Shown here piece by piece: positions 1 through 10,953 of a stretch of 64,000 bases of DNA. Every line of letters begins with the position of its first letter. Position 1 is the first letter of the stretch. Below the pieces are notes generated by a model, which worked only from the letters and a program-made list of their open reading frames with translations, was not told the origin of the DNA and did not search any database. The stretch is from Botryllus schlosseri (taxonomy: Eukaryota): contig CM119385.1 in assembly GCA_051294905.1 (NCBI GenBank), positions 24,056,001-24,120,000 on the forward strand, given 5' to 3'. Position numbers and translations under genes: made by a program.

Positions 1-138
1 TCCCTCTTTCCCCCAACCCTAACATCCCCCTTCCAAACCCTAATATCCCCCTTTCCCCAACCCTAATATCCCTCTTTCCCCCAACCCTAACATCCCCCTT
101 CCAAACCCTAATACCCCTTTTCCCCAACCCTAATATCC
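1..138. repeat. Pyrimidine-rich minisatellite of ~22-23 bp units containing AACCCTAA, arranged as a 3-unit higher-order repeat of ~68 bp; truncated by the window start
   Basis: TCCCTCTTTCCCCCAACCCTAACATCCCCCTTCCAAACCCTAATA starts at 1 and again at 69. Each monomer carries one CCCTAA. Confidence 0.9.
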
Positions 139-516
139 GTCTCTCCAAAAAGCACAAAAAAAAACAATTTATTTTGACGTTGATAAATTTTTGTTCGTGT
201 TTATGGGAAACGTTTATTGGCGATCCAAAACTTCGTTATTGCATAAAACACAGATATCCATCTTCTCAAAAGTCGTCCGTCCGTCCCATGCCAAGTCAAA
301 TCAACACTGAGCCGACCACGCGTGGTCGATGTGCGAACGTCGCGTATCTCCCGCGCTTGCGCAATCCGTGATCACGTGATCTAATCACGCCGTGACTGTG
401 TGATCTACGCATGCCCTGACCTCCTTACAAGATTGCCAATCACTTGATAATACTATTATTAGTTTAATGATTCATATTAATAGCTGTTAATACACTTTAT
501 TACAAAATTTCCCGAT

Positions 517-625
517 GTCCGAGTTCACCAATGGCCGAAGTCACCAATGGCCGAATTCACCAAGTGCCGAGTTCACCAAGTGCCGAGTTCGTCCGGCCGA
601 ATTCACCAAGTGCCGAGTTCACCGG
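517..625. repeat. Tandem ~16-bp repeat (consensus near A(T/G)(G/T)GCCGA(G/A)TTCACCA), probably the subterminal array of a non-autonomous DNA element
   Basis: About six or seven adjacent copies of CCGA(G/A)(T/G)TCACC with no unique spacers, ending in GAGTTCACCGGCAACC. Confidence 0.8.
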
Positions 626-787
626 CAACCGTCATAAAATATGGGAATATACAGAATTTTTCATTTAAACATCACCACAGTCAGCTACGTTTGACGTACC
701 AGGATCGATTTTCGCCACATGCCACCCCATTTTGTCGCTTGCATCTTATATTCTCTGCATTACTTTTCATTCAGTGTGCATAGGCTA

Positions 788-916
788 AGGTGGGTGTCTG
801 ATCTTAATGGCTACTCCAAGTTGTTTCGACACCCTCCTATCTTTTCATTGTATCGCAGTCTTGTGATGTTTTGAAACGATGAAAATATTAATAAACCTGA
901 CTGACTGACTGACTGA
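788..916 (+). mobile_element. 3' end of a non-LTR retroelement (LINE/SINE-like) with AATAAAC plus (CTGA)n tail
   Basis: AGGTGGGTGTCTGATCT...GCAGTCTTGTGATGTTTTGAA...AATAAAC(CTGA)n. A homologous inverted copy lies at 1707-1818. Confidence 0.6.
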
Positions 917-1190
917 GTAGAAACATAGCCTGTATAAAGGCTATGGTAGAACGTTCCGCAGCAAGGATGTTTATCTGGGCTCCTTCTCCCCCGTGTCCAC
1001 TGTCCATAGCCTATAAAAAGACCCGATGCAGGATGAATTTAAAGAAACGAATGAAAAATAGCTGAGACGAGCGTCTAAAGAAAGACAGCCAAATATAGAT
1101 TAACACCGAACACTTGTTACAGCTGGCATTAGGACGACGTGGATGCCAGATTATTATACGGTAGCTGGTCGTTTCGGCATTCTCTTATTT

Positions 1191-1420
1191 GTTCATTACA
1201 TCGCATTTTGTCTTGTGTATCCAATGATATATATACATATATCTATATATGTATGCGATATATATGCGATATATATATATCATTGTGTGTATCGCATTGT
1301 GTGTGTCTTGAGCGGATGAAAATTTATAATCTGACGATTCAATAATAATAATCAATAATCGTTGGCTTATATGTTTCATCTGAACAAGTCACACACAATG
1401 CACAATGCGATGTAATGAAC
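1191..1420. repeat. Inverted-repeat (MITE-like) element with an (AT)n-rich core
   Basis: Perfect 17-bp inverted pair GTTCATTACATCGCATT (1191-1207) and AATGCGATGTAATGAAC (1404-1420), plus internal GCATTGTGTGTG repeats. Confidence 0.65.
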
Positions 1421-1706
1421 AGATAGGAGGATATCGAACGACACGCAGTTGCGATGCTTTTAGTCTGCATCCACCTCGACCTAGTCCTAGAGTGCCCGAT
1501 GTAACAGTTCTTTTCGATGTTAATCTTTTTAAACCGCGGCCCTTTCTAGTTCTCTCCATTCCTTGTGAGTGTTTTCTTTCGTTTGGGCTTCGGGAGAAGA
1601 GGAGCCAAGACGAGCCTCCGACGGGAATCGATTCGTAGGCGCCCCATTCGTAGGCGCTTACCGTCACCACTACGCTATCTCCCCCGATTATTACAGTAGA
1701 GTTTGA

Positions 1707-1818
1707 TTTCAAGTTCAAGTTTATTCACAAAATTTCATGACTTCAAAACCTCACAAGACTGCAATGAAAGATAAGTAGATGCCGACGAAACTTTGTATTT
1801 GAGATCAGACACCCACCT
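1707..1818 (-). mobile_element. Second copy of the LINE/SINE-like 3' end, with AATAAAC plus (TTGAAC)n tail
   Basis: Reverse complement reads AGGTGGGTGTCTGATCT...GCAGTCTTGTGAGGTTTTGAA...AATAAACTTGAACTTGAAATC, matching 788-916. Confidence 0.6.
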
Positions 1819-3257
1819 GGGTCTCTAGGCGATCTAAGAAGAATAGGGTCATTTGCCTACATAGTTAGAATTTCGAGAACCTCGTGATAGAAGCCTCAAA
1901 TGAACCACATGCGATGTTTCAGGCAAATTACTCGACGTGACGATTTATTTGTTGTGAAATCGCGAAGATTCTCTGACGTCACGTAATGACGGGCATGAAG
2001 TTTTGTTTACTGATTATGAGGTGGATATAAATTGGCCATGTCAGAAATGTCGGCGATGTCACCATATGCCATGGCGATGTCATATAAGGTTATGTTAGCG
2101 AGATATATTGTATATTGTAACTGCCAATCTGTCTGTTAGTGGGTGAACCTTGACTCTTACATAACTCCGAACCCTACCCTACCCTAACCCAACATGACGT
2201 CGCTACAATACATGCTGATATCACCAATTTATAATCACCCCTGATTCTGGGTACATTTTATTTTTCTGCTTTTTTTGTCAAAAACAGTAGTTGCAATCTA
2301 AATTCATAATTTCGCTATGTGGTCCAAATCTAGCATCTAGGGAGCTCCCGTAGATTTTCGACTTAACTGCATTGAAGGAGATGTGTGACAGTGACAGCAA
2401 CGTTTTCAGTCAGCAGGATGGATTTTATTCCCAAGTTGAAATGACAGAAAATTGGCTCACTGGTTAATAGAAATTGGGATATTTACGGAATGGATAAGGA
2501 GTAATGAACCAATATGAAAAGAAGTAATTAAATGGAACCATCAACAAGTGAAGTGAGTGTGAATTGTCAATATGCAGATAAAATACACAGGCTCAGGCAG
2601 GAAACCGTTAGGTTATGAAAAATTGTCATTTCAAGTCACAGGCTATTCTTGCGGCAGAGTTATATCGGCATGGCTGTAGATTCTAGTCGATATGCCGCAA
2701 TGTTTGTATTCGCTTTTGAAAAAAATCCCTAATACATAGCTTACTTTATAGAGCCAATAGCAGACCTATAGCTATCCTATAGCTTTCACACCTTATTTAA
2801 CGTCCACTTGCGAGTGGAAAGAAATATAACGTTCTTTGTGTCTTTGTTTGCGTGGGCCAAGATAGTGTTACAGTTAGTCAAGTAGAATGATGAAATATTT
2901 CCTGGTAAAGTCAGGATAGTAGCAGACATCAATGCTTCTCCAGTAGAATAGTTGGCGACATTGACGATTAATACAATGTATGAAATTTAAACCTTTGTAT
3001 TATACCTTCATTACAACACTGCCCGACTGGAATCTCGGTATGTTTTGCCCAATATAACAGGTGGGCAGCGATGATTCTCCAAATAATTTAATAAAAAATA
3101 AAATAAGGAATTTTGTGAGCACAGGACACCGATTCCATGCAGGCAACACTGACCTCATCATGTTGCTTGTAATGTTTAAATTTCGGTTGCTGTTTTTCAG
3201 TCTCGTACATCGATGCTATATTCATACTGATTTGAAGTTTTTCTTGAATATTTTGCA

Positions 3258-4082
3258 ATGGCGGCTGCAGCTCCACAGCCTACAGAGACGACTAATTATG
3301 GTTCGCTTCAATTAAAAGAGACACGTCGCGGTAAAGTATACGTCGGAGAGCTATCTGCCGAATTTTTGCGGATTCCACCCCCTCAACAACCGATGGGAGG
3401 TCATATGCCTGTTTCACAGCAACAAATGTACGCACACCCTCAGGCAATGGTGACTTCACACAGGTTAACTGTAACTGTCATCGAAGCAAAGTTGAATAAA
3501 GGCTACGGAATGACAAAAATGGATCCGTACTGTCGATTAAGAGTTGGGCACGGTATTTTTGAAACACCTACTGCGACCAGCGGAGGAAAAACACCTTATT
3601 GGGGCAAAACTTGGTCATCGGTTGTGAATCGTGATTTGAAAAGCATTGAAGTCGAAGTTTTTGATGAACGAGCATTTTCCACAGATAGTCGCATCGCCTG
3701 GGGCCGTGTTGTTTTATCGCAGGATGTAAAGAAAGGGAAGAGCGAAGACGATTGGTGGCCTTTATCAGGGAAGTTAGGGGATGAAAAAGAAGGGATGATT
3801 CATCTGCAAATAACAATGAAGAAAGAACAGCGACCCGCGTACCCCCAGTTTATGATGCCTCAGATGATGATGCAAGCACCCAGTTATGTGATACCTCCCG
3901 GTATCCAAATAGGAGGGATGACGCCAGCGCCAAGGCCGCAACCTCCTCCCGTCACAGAGGAAGATGTGAGACAAATGAAGGAAATGTTTCCAAATACGGA
4001 CAATGATGTTATAAAGACTGTGCTTGACGCGAGTGGCGGTAACAAAGATGCAGCGATAAATTCGCTTCTCACAATGCAATGA
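3258..4082 (+). CDS. TOLLIP: Toll-interacting protein (N-terminal Tom1-binding region, C2 domain, C-terminal CUE domain); single coding exon, 274 aa
   Basis: RGKVYVGELSAEFLRI N-terminal motif, KGYGMTKMDPYCRLRVGHGIFETPTATSGGKTPYW C2 core, and MFPNTDNDVIKTVLDASGGNKDAAINSLLTM CUE domain. AATAAA lies at about 4218. Confidence 0.96.
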   Translation: MAAAAPQPTETTNYGSLQLKETRRGKVYVGELSAEFLRIPPPQQPMGGHMPVSQQQMYAHPQAMVTSHRLTVTVIEAKLNKGYGMTKMDPYCRLRVGHGIFETPTATSGGKTPYWGKTWSSVVNRDLKSIEVEVFDERAFSTDSRIAWGRVVLSQDVKKGKSEDDWWPLSGKLGDEKEGMIHLQITMKKEQRPAYPQFMMPQMMMQAPSYVIPPGIQIGGMTPAPRPQPPPVTEEDVRQMKEMFPNTDNDVIKTVLDASGGNKDAAINSLLTMQ

Positions 4083-4674
4083 CATTCATTTTTATCTGAT
4101 CTGCTCGGATAGTATCATTACATGCTTGGCAAAATCGAGTACCCGTGTGATTTGATTCTGAATCGAGTATTAGGCTTCCAGTAACACTCATTGTGTAGTG
4201 TCGCTGTGAAAGATTCAAATAAACGACGATAAAGAAAACAATGCCAGTTTTATATCACATTAAAGATGATTCTGTGTTTTTTGGACCATACCTATTTCAT
4301 TGCACTTGTGGCAATGCTGTGCTAATTTAGATCGCAACTTTACATTACAGAGATGTCACATTTATGCTAACGTTTGTAGCCTTTTACTACATGTTTCGAA
4401 TACTGCAATACGATTAATCGAAGTTTCAAGGATTCCACGACTGGAAAATTGTATAAAAACTATACTTCCCGCTTGACTCAAATTGTCGTGCCCAGCCCAA
4501 ATTATCATGAGATGCCTTTGCTCGATTGTGATCATATTTCTAATTTCATAATCATTAATATTCTACAATTTGAAACTGCTTTTGAGATTTTTATTCCAGC
4601 GTCTTACTTTATACGTTAACTCCATCGTAATTGTATTTAGACAAACAATTATGATCTCATAGGCTGCTACAAGT

Positions 4675-5881
4675 ATGCTGGAAGAATCGGAAGTCCTGAA
4701 GGTGGTCCTTATTGGAGATGGAGGAGTTGGAAAGAGTTCTCTCATGAGCCGTTACATCACAGGGAAATATGATGCAGACTCCTATCACACAATTGGTACG
4801 TTCCACTAAACAAGTTTCGGTTTCCGAATCAGCTCAGGTGTGGAATTTCTAAAAGTTTCGGTTTTAGGATTATATGATTTCTCCTCAATTCAAGCGTGAA
4901 ATTTCTTAGCGAAGTTTCAGTTTTAAACTGTCTCATTTTGGGTTAGGACATTCTAAACCAAAGTATTCTGTTTGCAATTTGTCTGATTTCTCATTTCAGG
5001 CGTGGTATAATAGCCTATCTAACCTAAAGTTTGTGTGTATAGTTGTCTGATTTCTCATTTCAAGCGTGGAATTCCTCAGCAAGTTTCAGATTCCAATTTG
5101 TCCTTCATTTCGGGGATGGAATAATTTCTAAACAGAAGCTTGAGCCTAAAATTGTCTGATTTTCCTTGTTTCGTGCGTGGAATCCATACAAAGTTTGCTT
5201 TCCGAATGTTCTCATTTCAGGCTTGGAATCTCGAATTGTCTGATTTTCCTCATTTCAAGCGTGGAAACTCTAAATATAATTTCAGTTTTCAAATTGACTG
5301 ATTTCTCCTCATTTTGGGCTAGGAATTCTTAAACCAAAGTATTCTGTTTTCAAATTGTCCGGTTTCTCATTCCAGGTGTTGAATTTCTTAACAAGAACGT
5401 CACGATCGGCAGCAAAAACTTTGCGTTACAAATTTGGGACACGGCCGGCCAGGAACGCTTCAAAAGTCTGCGAACCCCTTTTTATCGCGGCGCCGATTGC
5501 TGTTTACTTGTTTTTTCCGTGGATGACGAACAGAGCTTCCATAATTTAGAATTATGGAAAAAGGAATTCATGTTTTACTCAAATATCGAGGATTCATCGT
5601 TTCCGTTTATAGTTATTGCGAATAAATGCGATATCGCTCCGAATGAAAGACAAGTCACTTCGGACGAAGCTAAACGATGGTGCAGTAACAATGGCGGACA
5701 TACGTACGTTGAAACTAGCGCAAAAAACGCAAACAATGTCGATTACTGTTTTGAAAGAGCAATAAGAAGCATCATTCGCTCGGACCAAGAGGGAGTGAGC
5801 ATCAGTAATCTCACAAGCGAGACTCCTAGCATCGATTTAAGAGCAATGGCTCATCAGAAAAAGTCTGAAAGTTGTTGCTGA
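4675..5881 (+). CDS. RAB9: Ras-related protein Rab-9; two exons 4675-4795 and 5376-5881, 208 aa
   Basis: Splicing the phase-1 GT(4796)..AG(5375) intron gives KVVLIGDGGVGKSSLMSRY...HTIG|VEFLNK...IWDTAGQERFKSLRTPFYRGADCCLL...WKKEFMFY...NKCD...ETSAK...SCC. SLRTPFYRG, WKKEF and the terminal CC are Rab9 features. Confidence 0.93.
4796..5375 (+). repeat. RAB9 intron composed of degenerate tandem copies of the 3' splice site plus the start of exon 2
   Basis: Ten copies resembling TTGTCTGATTTCTCATTTC(AG|AA)G(C/T)GTGGAATTTCTTAA precede the functional TTCTCATTCCAG|GTGTTGAATTTCTTAAC. Confidence 0.85.
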
Positions 5882-6369
5882 AAATACATTCTGCTAGCTT
5901 CAGCCTGGAAGTCGTCAGCTCTTGAGCTGTATCAGTGTTGGAGCCTTGCCAGTGATTATTTTCATCCATAAGTCACTAAATATTGCTTACTATGTTTGAT
6001 GCATTCGATAAGTGTGCTCTCCGAAAAACACTTTCTCAGTATTTTGTGATTCTCGCTATTTCGTTCTGTGCTAATTTTAAACTTTCTATCATGCTGCAAG
6101 ATATATTTATATTTATCCCGGTGACGTTACACAATAATAATGTGCATATGGAACCTCCAGTTGTTCATGAAACAAAATCTTTTTATTGCTACATGGGAAT
6201 GGCAGCGAAATGAAGTTCTAATCTTAGCGAAAAACCGTCACTTTCACACAAGATTGTCCGTTTGTGAACATTTAGGGCTGCGACACTTGAGCATATAAGG
6301 TTGAAATTATAGTTTGGACAATGCACTGCACATCTACGGTAGAAAATTTTGATATTTTTCAAATTATAC

Positions 6370-6700
6370 TACAATTATCGCCATAGATATTTTCACATTA
6401 GAACTAGAATGTCTGAATCACAAAAGCGTGGAAATTGAATTTCAAATTAGAAAGAAATACAGATAAAGTTCAGTTCCTATCAGATCAGAGTTGATTCTCC
6501 TTGATTCTCATAAGCACAAGAATGTCAAATGTCTGTGCACTAAACCTGGCTCCTTTAGCACGATACAGTTCTCCTGTAGCATTTTCAGGAAAACCAGATA
6601 TAAGAATTACAGTGAGAGCGTAGAAACATTTCACGAATCAGATTACCAGCATTTCGCATTTTAAATTACCTAATTGTCCAAGGCTGGTGGTAATTTCAGG
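6370..6700. repeat. Abundant dispersed repeat family (representative copy)
   Basis: Core TTGATTCTCATAAGCACAAGAATG...CTGTGCAC...GGCTC...GATACAGTTCTC..GTAG...TTCAG.AAAACCAGA recurs near 12.6-12.8, 28.9-29.4, 43.2-43.5 and 59.6-59.7 kb, and inverted near 46.2-46.6, 51.7-52.0, 52.6 and 62.9 kb. Boundaries are approximate. Confidence 0.7.
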
Positions 6701-6803
6701 TTTAGAGTTAGTTGGTTAATTTCAGGGTTAGGGTTAGTTTGAAATTATAAAGTCAAACGCTAATGTGTCGCATTCTCAAATACCGGGCGACCGATATTAC
6801 CAC

Positions 6804-8678
6804 TTAACTATCAACAACAGCTTTCGACATGTTCCTCGCCAAACTCAAGCGAAGTTGGTCCAAACGAGTTCCCATCTCTGCATTTTTATGGCCGGACATG
6901 TCTATCCCATTCAGAGAACAGATCAGGTCACCCGTTTCTCGATAATCGAAAATCAATTCATCACACTCCAACAAAGACGTCGCTTCAGTCAGCAATGAAG
7001 GTCGGAATGACTGAGGCGCAACGTTGGAGGTTATCAGATTGTAAAGCAATTTTCCTGCACATTTCATCTTGCTTTCGCCGAGCAATTTGTGAAAGTCCCG
7101 ATATTTGGCAAGAAACGTCAATTGTTCCGACAATAACACATTCGGCCCGAGGTAGTCCAGAATATCGACGTACGCAAATTCACCGCTTACAGCGTACTTT
7201 GTCAGCATTTCCTCAGCAATCTTCATAGCCAGCGTGGAATCGTTTGATCGCAATGACCACATCAACGCAGTACCAAGCTGTCCCTCGCGACGGGCCGAAA
7301 CACTCATTTGCCGACATATACTCCGCATTTCCGGATGAAGCTTTCTTTTCTTACAAATCTGCAGGACTTTGGCCGCTTTTTTCTCGCTGGTTAGAGGAAT
7401 TTTTTGTATAAACAGCGGAACAAAATTATTCCCGTTATCCGAGCAAGCCGCCAAGTAATCGATAGTCACTTTCCAAAAGCTCTGATGAGCCATAAGCCCA
7501 TTCGCGTATTCCAGCACGAGATGCTCGCGAAAATCAAAGTCTGATTTCTTATGCGCTATAAGTCCGGCGTGATGGAATAAGTCAGACAAATGAGCAGCAA
7601 GCCACCAATTGTTGAAACGCAAACTGCATTCTTTGATTACGAGGTAAGGATCGAGTTCAAATGCAGCCATGAGTATTTCATCAAACGCACCAATGTTATT
7701 TCTGCCTCCAAACACATCAACCGATACCTTGCTGTGGTGTTTAAGCTCCATCGAACTCACTGTTGGTTTCGTGTAAATCAGACGTGCCACCATCATTTCA
7801 TACCACCCGCCGAATTCCGGGTTTTCAAAAACATCCAATTCTCCACATAAAATCATGGCTAATTCCTCCAAATTATCATCTCCGCAAAATTCCCCGTCTT
7901 TATATCTACGAACGCATTCTCCTTGCCAATGCCTCCATTTCATCTCAAATTCGACTAGAGATTGTCCACGGCAGAACGAGAAACTGGGCATTTTCCTTAG
8001 AAGTTCCTCCATGCTCGTGTATGGATTTTCTTCCCCCCGACACAAAGGATGTAGTTTCAATAAATTCTTGGCGTCATCTGTACGACCTTGAAGCACCAAG
8101 CATTTGATAGCGCTCCAATATAAGATATGAGTGTGCGGGTGATCTGTCTGTATGCATTCTTCCGTGAAATCATCGGCCCTTGTGAAATGCCATTTAACCC
8201 ATTCTGCTAAACAACTCAAAATCACTCCTGGCGGAGAATTTTCAAAGAATAATATTTCGCACAAGTTCCAAATAATCTCCATTAATTGCAGAATTTCCAT
8301 TTGCTGCCGACTTGCCTCGTCTTCCACGATATCCGATTCTAGGCATGATTTCAATTCGCAGACCGAAGCTCGTAATATGGATCGATATTTTCTGCTTAAT
8401 TTAATAAGCAGCGGTCTAGAATGTGTGTTGCTCTGTTGTACTTCCATGAATACTCGATGTGACTCGTTCATTAACTTCCTCATGATGTCACTGTGCATGC
8501 CTTGGTTCCACTTCACTTCGTGTATGAAAGATGGGTTTGAAGCCCCTTCTGTCAGACCCACATTTCCTGCGACGACTGCGAGATGATTACCCGCACCCCA
8601 ACTGCATGTCGCACCGTTTATATCCAATGACGAGTCATCTAAATCGATCTGGTTTACATATCTGTCAGACACCTCCAT
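6804..8678 (-). CDS. NUP85: Nuclear pore complex protein Nup85; single coding exon, 624 aa
   Basis: RKLMNESHRVF, LSRKYRSILRA, WWLAAHLSDL, REHLVLEYANGLMAHQSFW, IPLTSEKKAAKVLQIC and GQLGTALMWSLRS match conserved Nup85 blocks. Confidence 0.95.
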   Translation of the reverse strand: MEVSDRYVNQIDLDDSSLDINGATCSWGAGNHLAVVAGNVGLTEGASNPSFIHEVKWNQGMHSDIMRKLMNESHRVFMEVQQSNTHSRPLLIKLSRKYRSILRASVCELKSCLESDIVEDEASRQQMEILQLMEIIWNLCEILFFENSPPGVILSCLAEWVKWHFTRADDFTEECIQTDHPHTHILYWSAIKCLVLQGRTDDAKNLLKLHPLCRGEENPYTSMEELLRKMPSFSFCRGQSLVEFEMKWRHWQGECVRRYKDGEFCGDDNLEELAMILCGELDVFENPEFGGWYEMMVARLIYTKPTVSSMELKHHSKVSVDVFGGRNNIGAFDEILMAAFELDPYLVIKECSLRFNNWWLAAHLSDLFHHAGLIAHKKSDFDFREHLVLEYANGLMAHQSFWKVTIDYLAACSDNGNNFVPLFIQKIPLTSEKKAAKVLQICKKRKLHPEMRSICRQMSVSARREGQLGTALMWSLRSNDSTLAMKIAEEMLTKYAVSGEFAYVDILDYLGPNVLLSEQLTFLAKYRDFHKLLGESKMKCAGKLLYNLITSNVAPQSFRPSLLTEATSLLECDELIFDYRETGDLICSLNGIDMSGHKNAEMGTRLDQLRLSLARNMSKAVVDS

Positions 8679-9849
8679 TTCAAACCGAGTCTATAGGTTC
8701 GGCAGTGACAGATTGAGGTTCAAATCAGCAGTTCACAAAAAGTGACATCCAATCTAATTGTCAATCTGCAATGCATGATAATGTTCTACATATTAAGATT
8801 TATATAAAACTAATGTATCAATGATGGACTTGAAAATGAGAGTGAAAACGCTTTCTGATGATTTTCATTTCCATCTCGATAAGATAGAATGATATATATT
8901 TTATCGTTGTGGTGGAATCAGAGTATGTCCATTTTACATATTTTAAAAGAATTTAACTTCTGTAAAGTTATAAATTTTTCTGCCATGATAAACTTTGAAA
9001 CAATGAGACGACCATAAACATAGGCAAACACTTGATTTTCTGTTCAATTGAAAAATGGACATAGCAATACTTTTGTACAAGAGCGACAATATGTAAGATA
9101 TATATACTTCTATCTCTCCAAGATAAGAACGTGCCCTATCTTCCATGTGTCAAAGGGTTAGGGTTAGTAATGCATGGTGCTTTATAGTGGGAGTAATTAT
9201 ATACGCGGTAAATTGATAATTTCGACTTCGATATCACAATTTCCTTTTTTGGTGACAACATATAATACGTCTGCCTCTTTGATTGCAATTCAAATCGATT
9301 CAATGTCAATCACTGATTAGTGATGACCAGATGGAAGAAATCTGAAATCAATGAAACAGTGATTTTACGTTGAACCCTGTAAGTGTAAGCTGCTGTAAAA
9401 TTTGGGGATGTGGCAAATGACTTTGATAGGAATAGCCAAGTTTTAAAGTTAAATTTGAAATATGATGTTCAACAAAATTTCATATGAGTCAGCGAAGATA
9501 TACCAGTACTGGTTATCCAGACAGGAATCGGTGGTTGTTTTCGACAACATGTTGTGCGTGACAGACGAATTTCTCGCGTGATTGGAACATTTCATCCGCG
9601 TGACAGAAGCATTTTTCTCTGATTCAATACTGAATTACTTATTATTATTAAACGACACAATGTGCTAAAATAGACCTGGTATACTCAGGACTATAAGGGT
9701 TACGCCGTTGCGCAAATGCCACGCTTGCTTGCGTTCACTGTAAAGCGCAAGCGTCTTATTCTGGATCTGGACTCTGGTATCATTTGTGATGTCAGCATAC
9801 TTCTTTAATCGGCGTGATCAGATGTAAATGCTCGCGTGACGTTGCCACA

Positions 9850-10314
9850 CACTACAAAAAAAAATTAGACAAGTTTGGTCTCAAATCGATTTTTTAGCAG
9901 AAAAAGTCTTAAAGACAAATTGGTCTTACCAAGTACTTTCTGTACTTTCTGTCTTAAAAGTAATACCGGAACTGATCGAAAATAGTAGGGGTGCTTTGGG
10001 GGCATCCATTTCAATGTTAGGGTCTGAGCGAAGGGGAAGCATGAGAGAGACCAGAATTTGCAGTGTTGGGATGATACTGTACTAAGGAGTTTACTAGATA
10101 TTCACTAGATATAGTTATCAAGGTACATGCCACTTACTACTCACATGCACTATTCAGATCAATATATATATGGTTGCCTGAGTCGAAAATAGCATTTATG
10201 GTGAGTGGGTGGTAAAATGGGACCATCAGTGAGACTGAAATTGTTGAAAATGAGACCAAATCCTCCTCATTTCTTAAATTTGAGACCAAATTTGTCTAAT
10301 TTTTTTTTGTAGTG
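9850..10314. mobile_element. CACTA-ended (CMC/EnSpm-type) non-autonomous element, 465 bp
   Basis: 37-bp TIRs CACTACAAAAAAAAATTAGACAA(G/A)TTTGGTCTCAAAT with one mismatch. The 2-bp flank CA is present on both sides. Confidence 0.85.
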
Positions 10315-10953
10315 CAGATTCCACTCTGACCGGTTACATAGTTTAAGGGCGGCATATAGTTAGACCGGTGAATGGTAATGTATTTTCACATTGACGTATA
10401 AAAATGCTGAAAATCCACTAACTTCGATCATGACTGCTCTAGAACATTATGATAGTTATATAAAATGTATACCGTATTGACTTGACATGTTCTATTCAAT
10501 TCAGTATTCATCATCAATGCTTCAGTCAGTTGAGTAATTGAGTTGATGATTTATTATCCGTGCATACCTGTTTTTCTTCTCTATTTTAGATTATTTCTCG
10601 TATTTAGTAATATACTATACGAATTTACTAATATACTATACGAACTATATCATCACTCGTCTGCATCGCCTAGTTCAGTCTTCATTCTCGAAGTTGGAAA
10701 CGCGCCATTAGATTTATCGGTAAAATCTAAATAACGCCGGCACGCATGTCGCATGCTGGACTGCTGGTTCCCTCCTTCTATAGATTACTAACCGTAACGT
10801 CATTTCCGAGAGCTTGGACGATACGATAGGCTTGTAAAGTGGCCGTGGCGCTGACTGCAAATCAATGCTCAAAGTATTACTTTTCAACTATGTTGGTAGT
10901 TTGTTCTTGATCCAAGCGCATTTTGGTTCTATGGTTACTGTTTACGTTTACGA

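Noticed and set aside
1-138. True telomere
   Set aside because: CCCTAA occurs once per 22-23-bp unit rather than as a pure (CCCTAA)n tract.
517-625. CRISPR-like repeat array
   Set aside because: The units are contiguous with no unique spacers, the context is eukaryotic and there are no cas genes.
6765-8716. Plus-strand ORFs such as 7590-7850, 7763-8107 and 8152-8586
   Set aside because: They are antisense shadows of the NUP85 CDS with no recognisable protein features.
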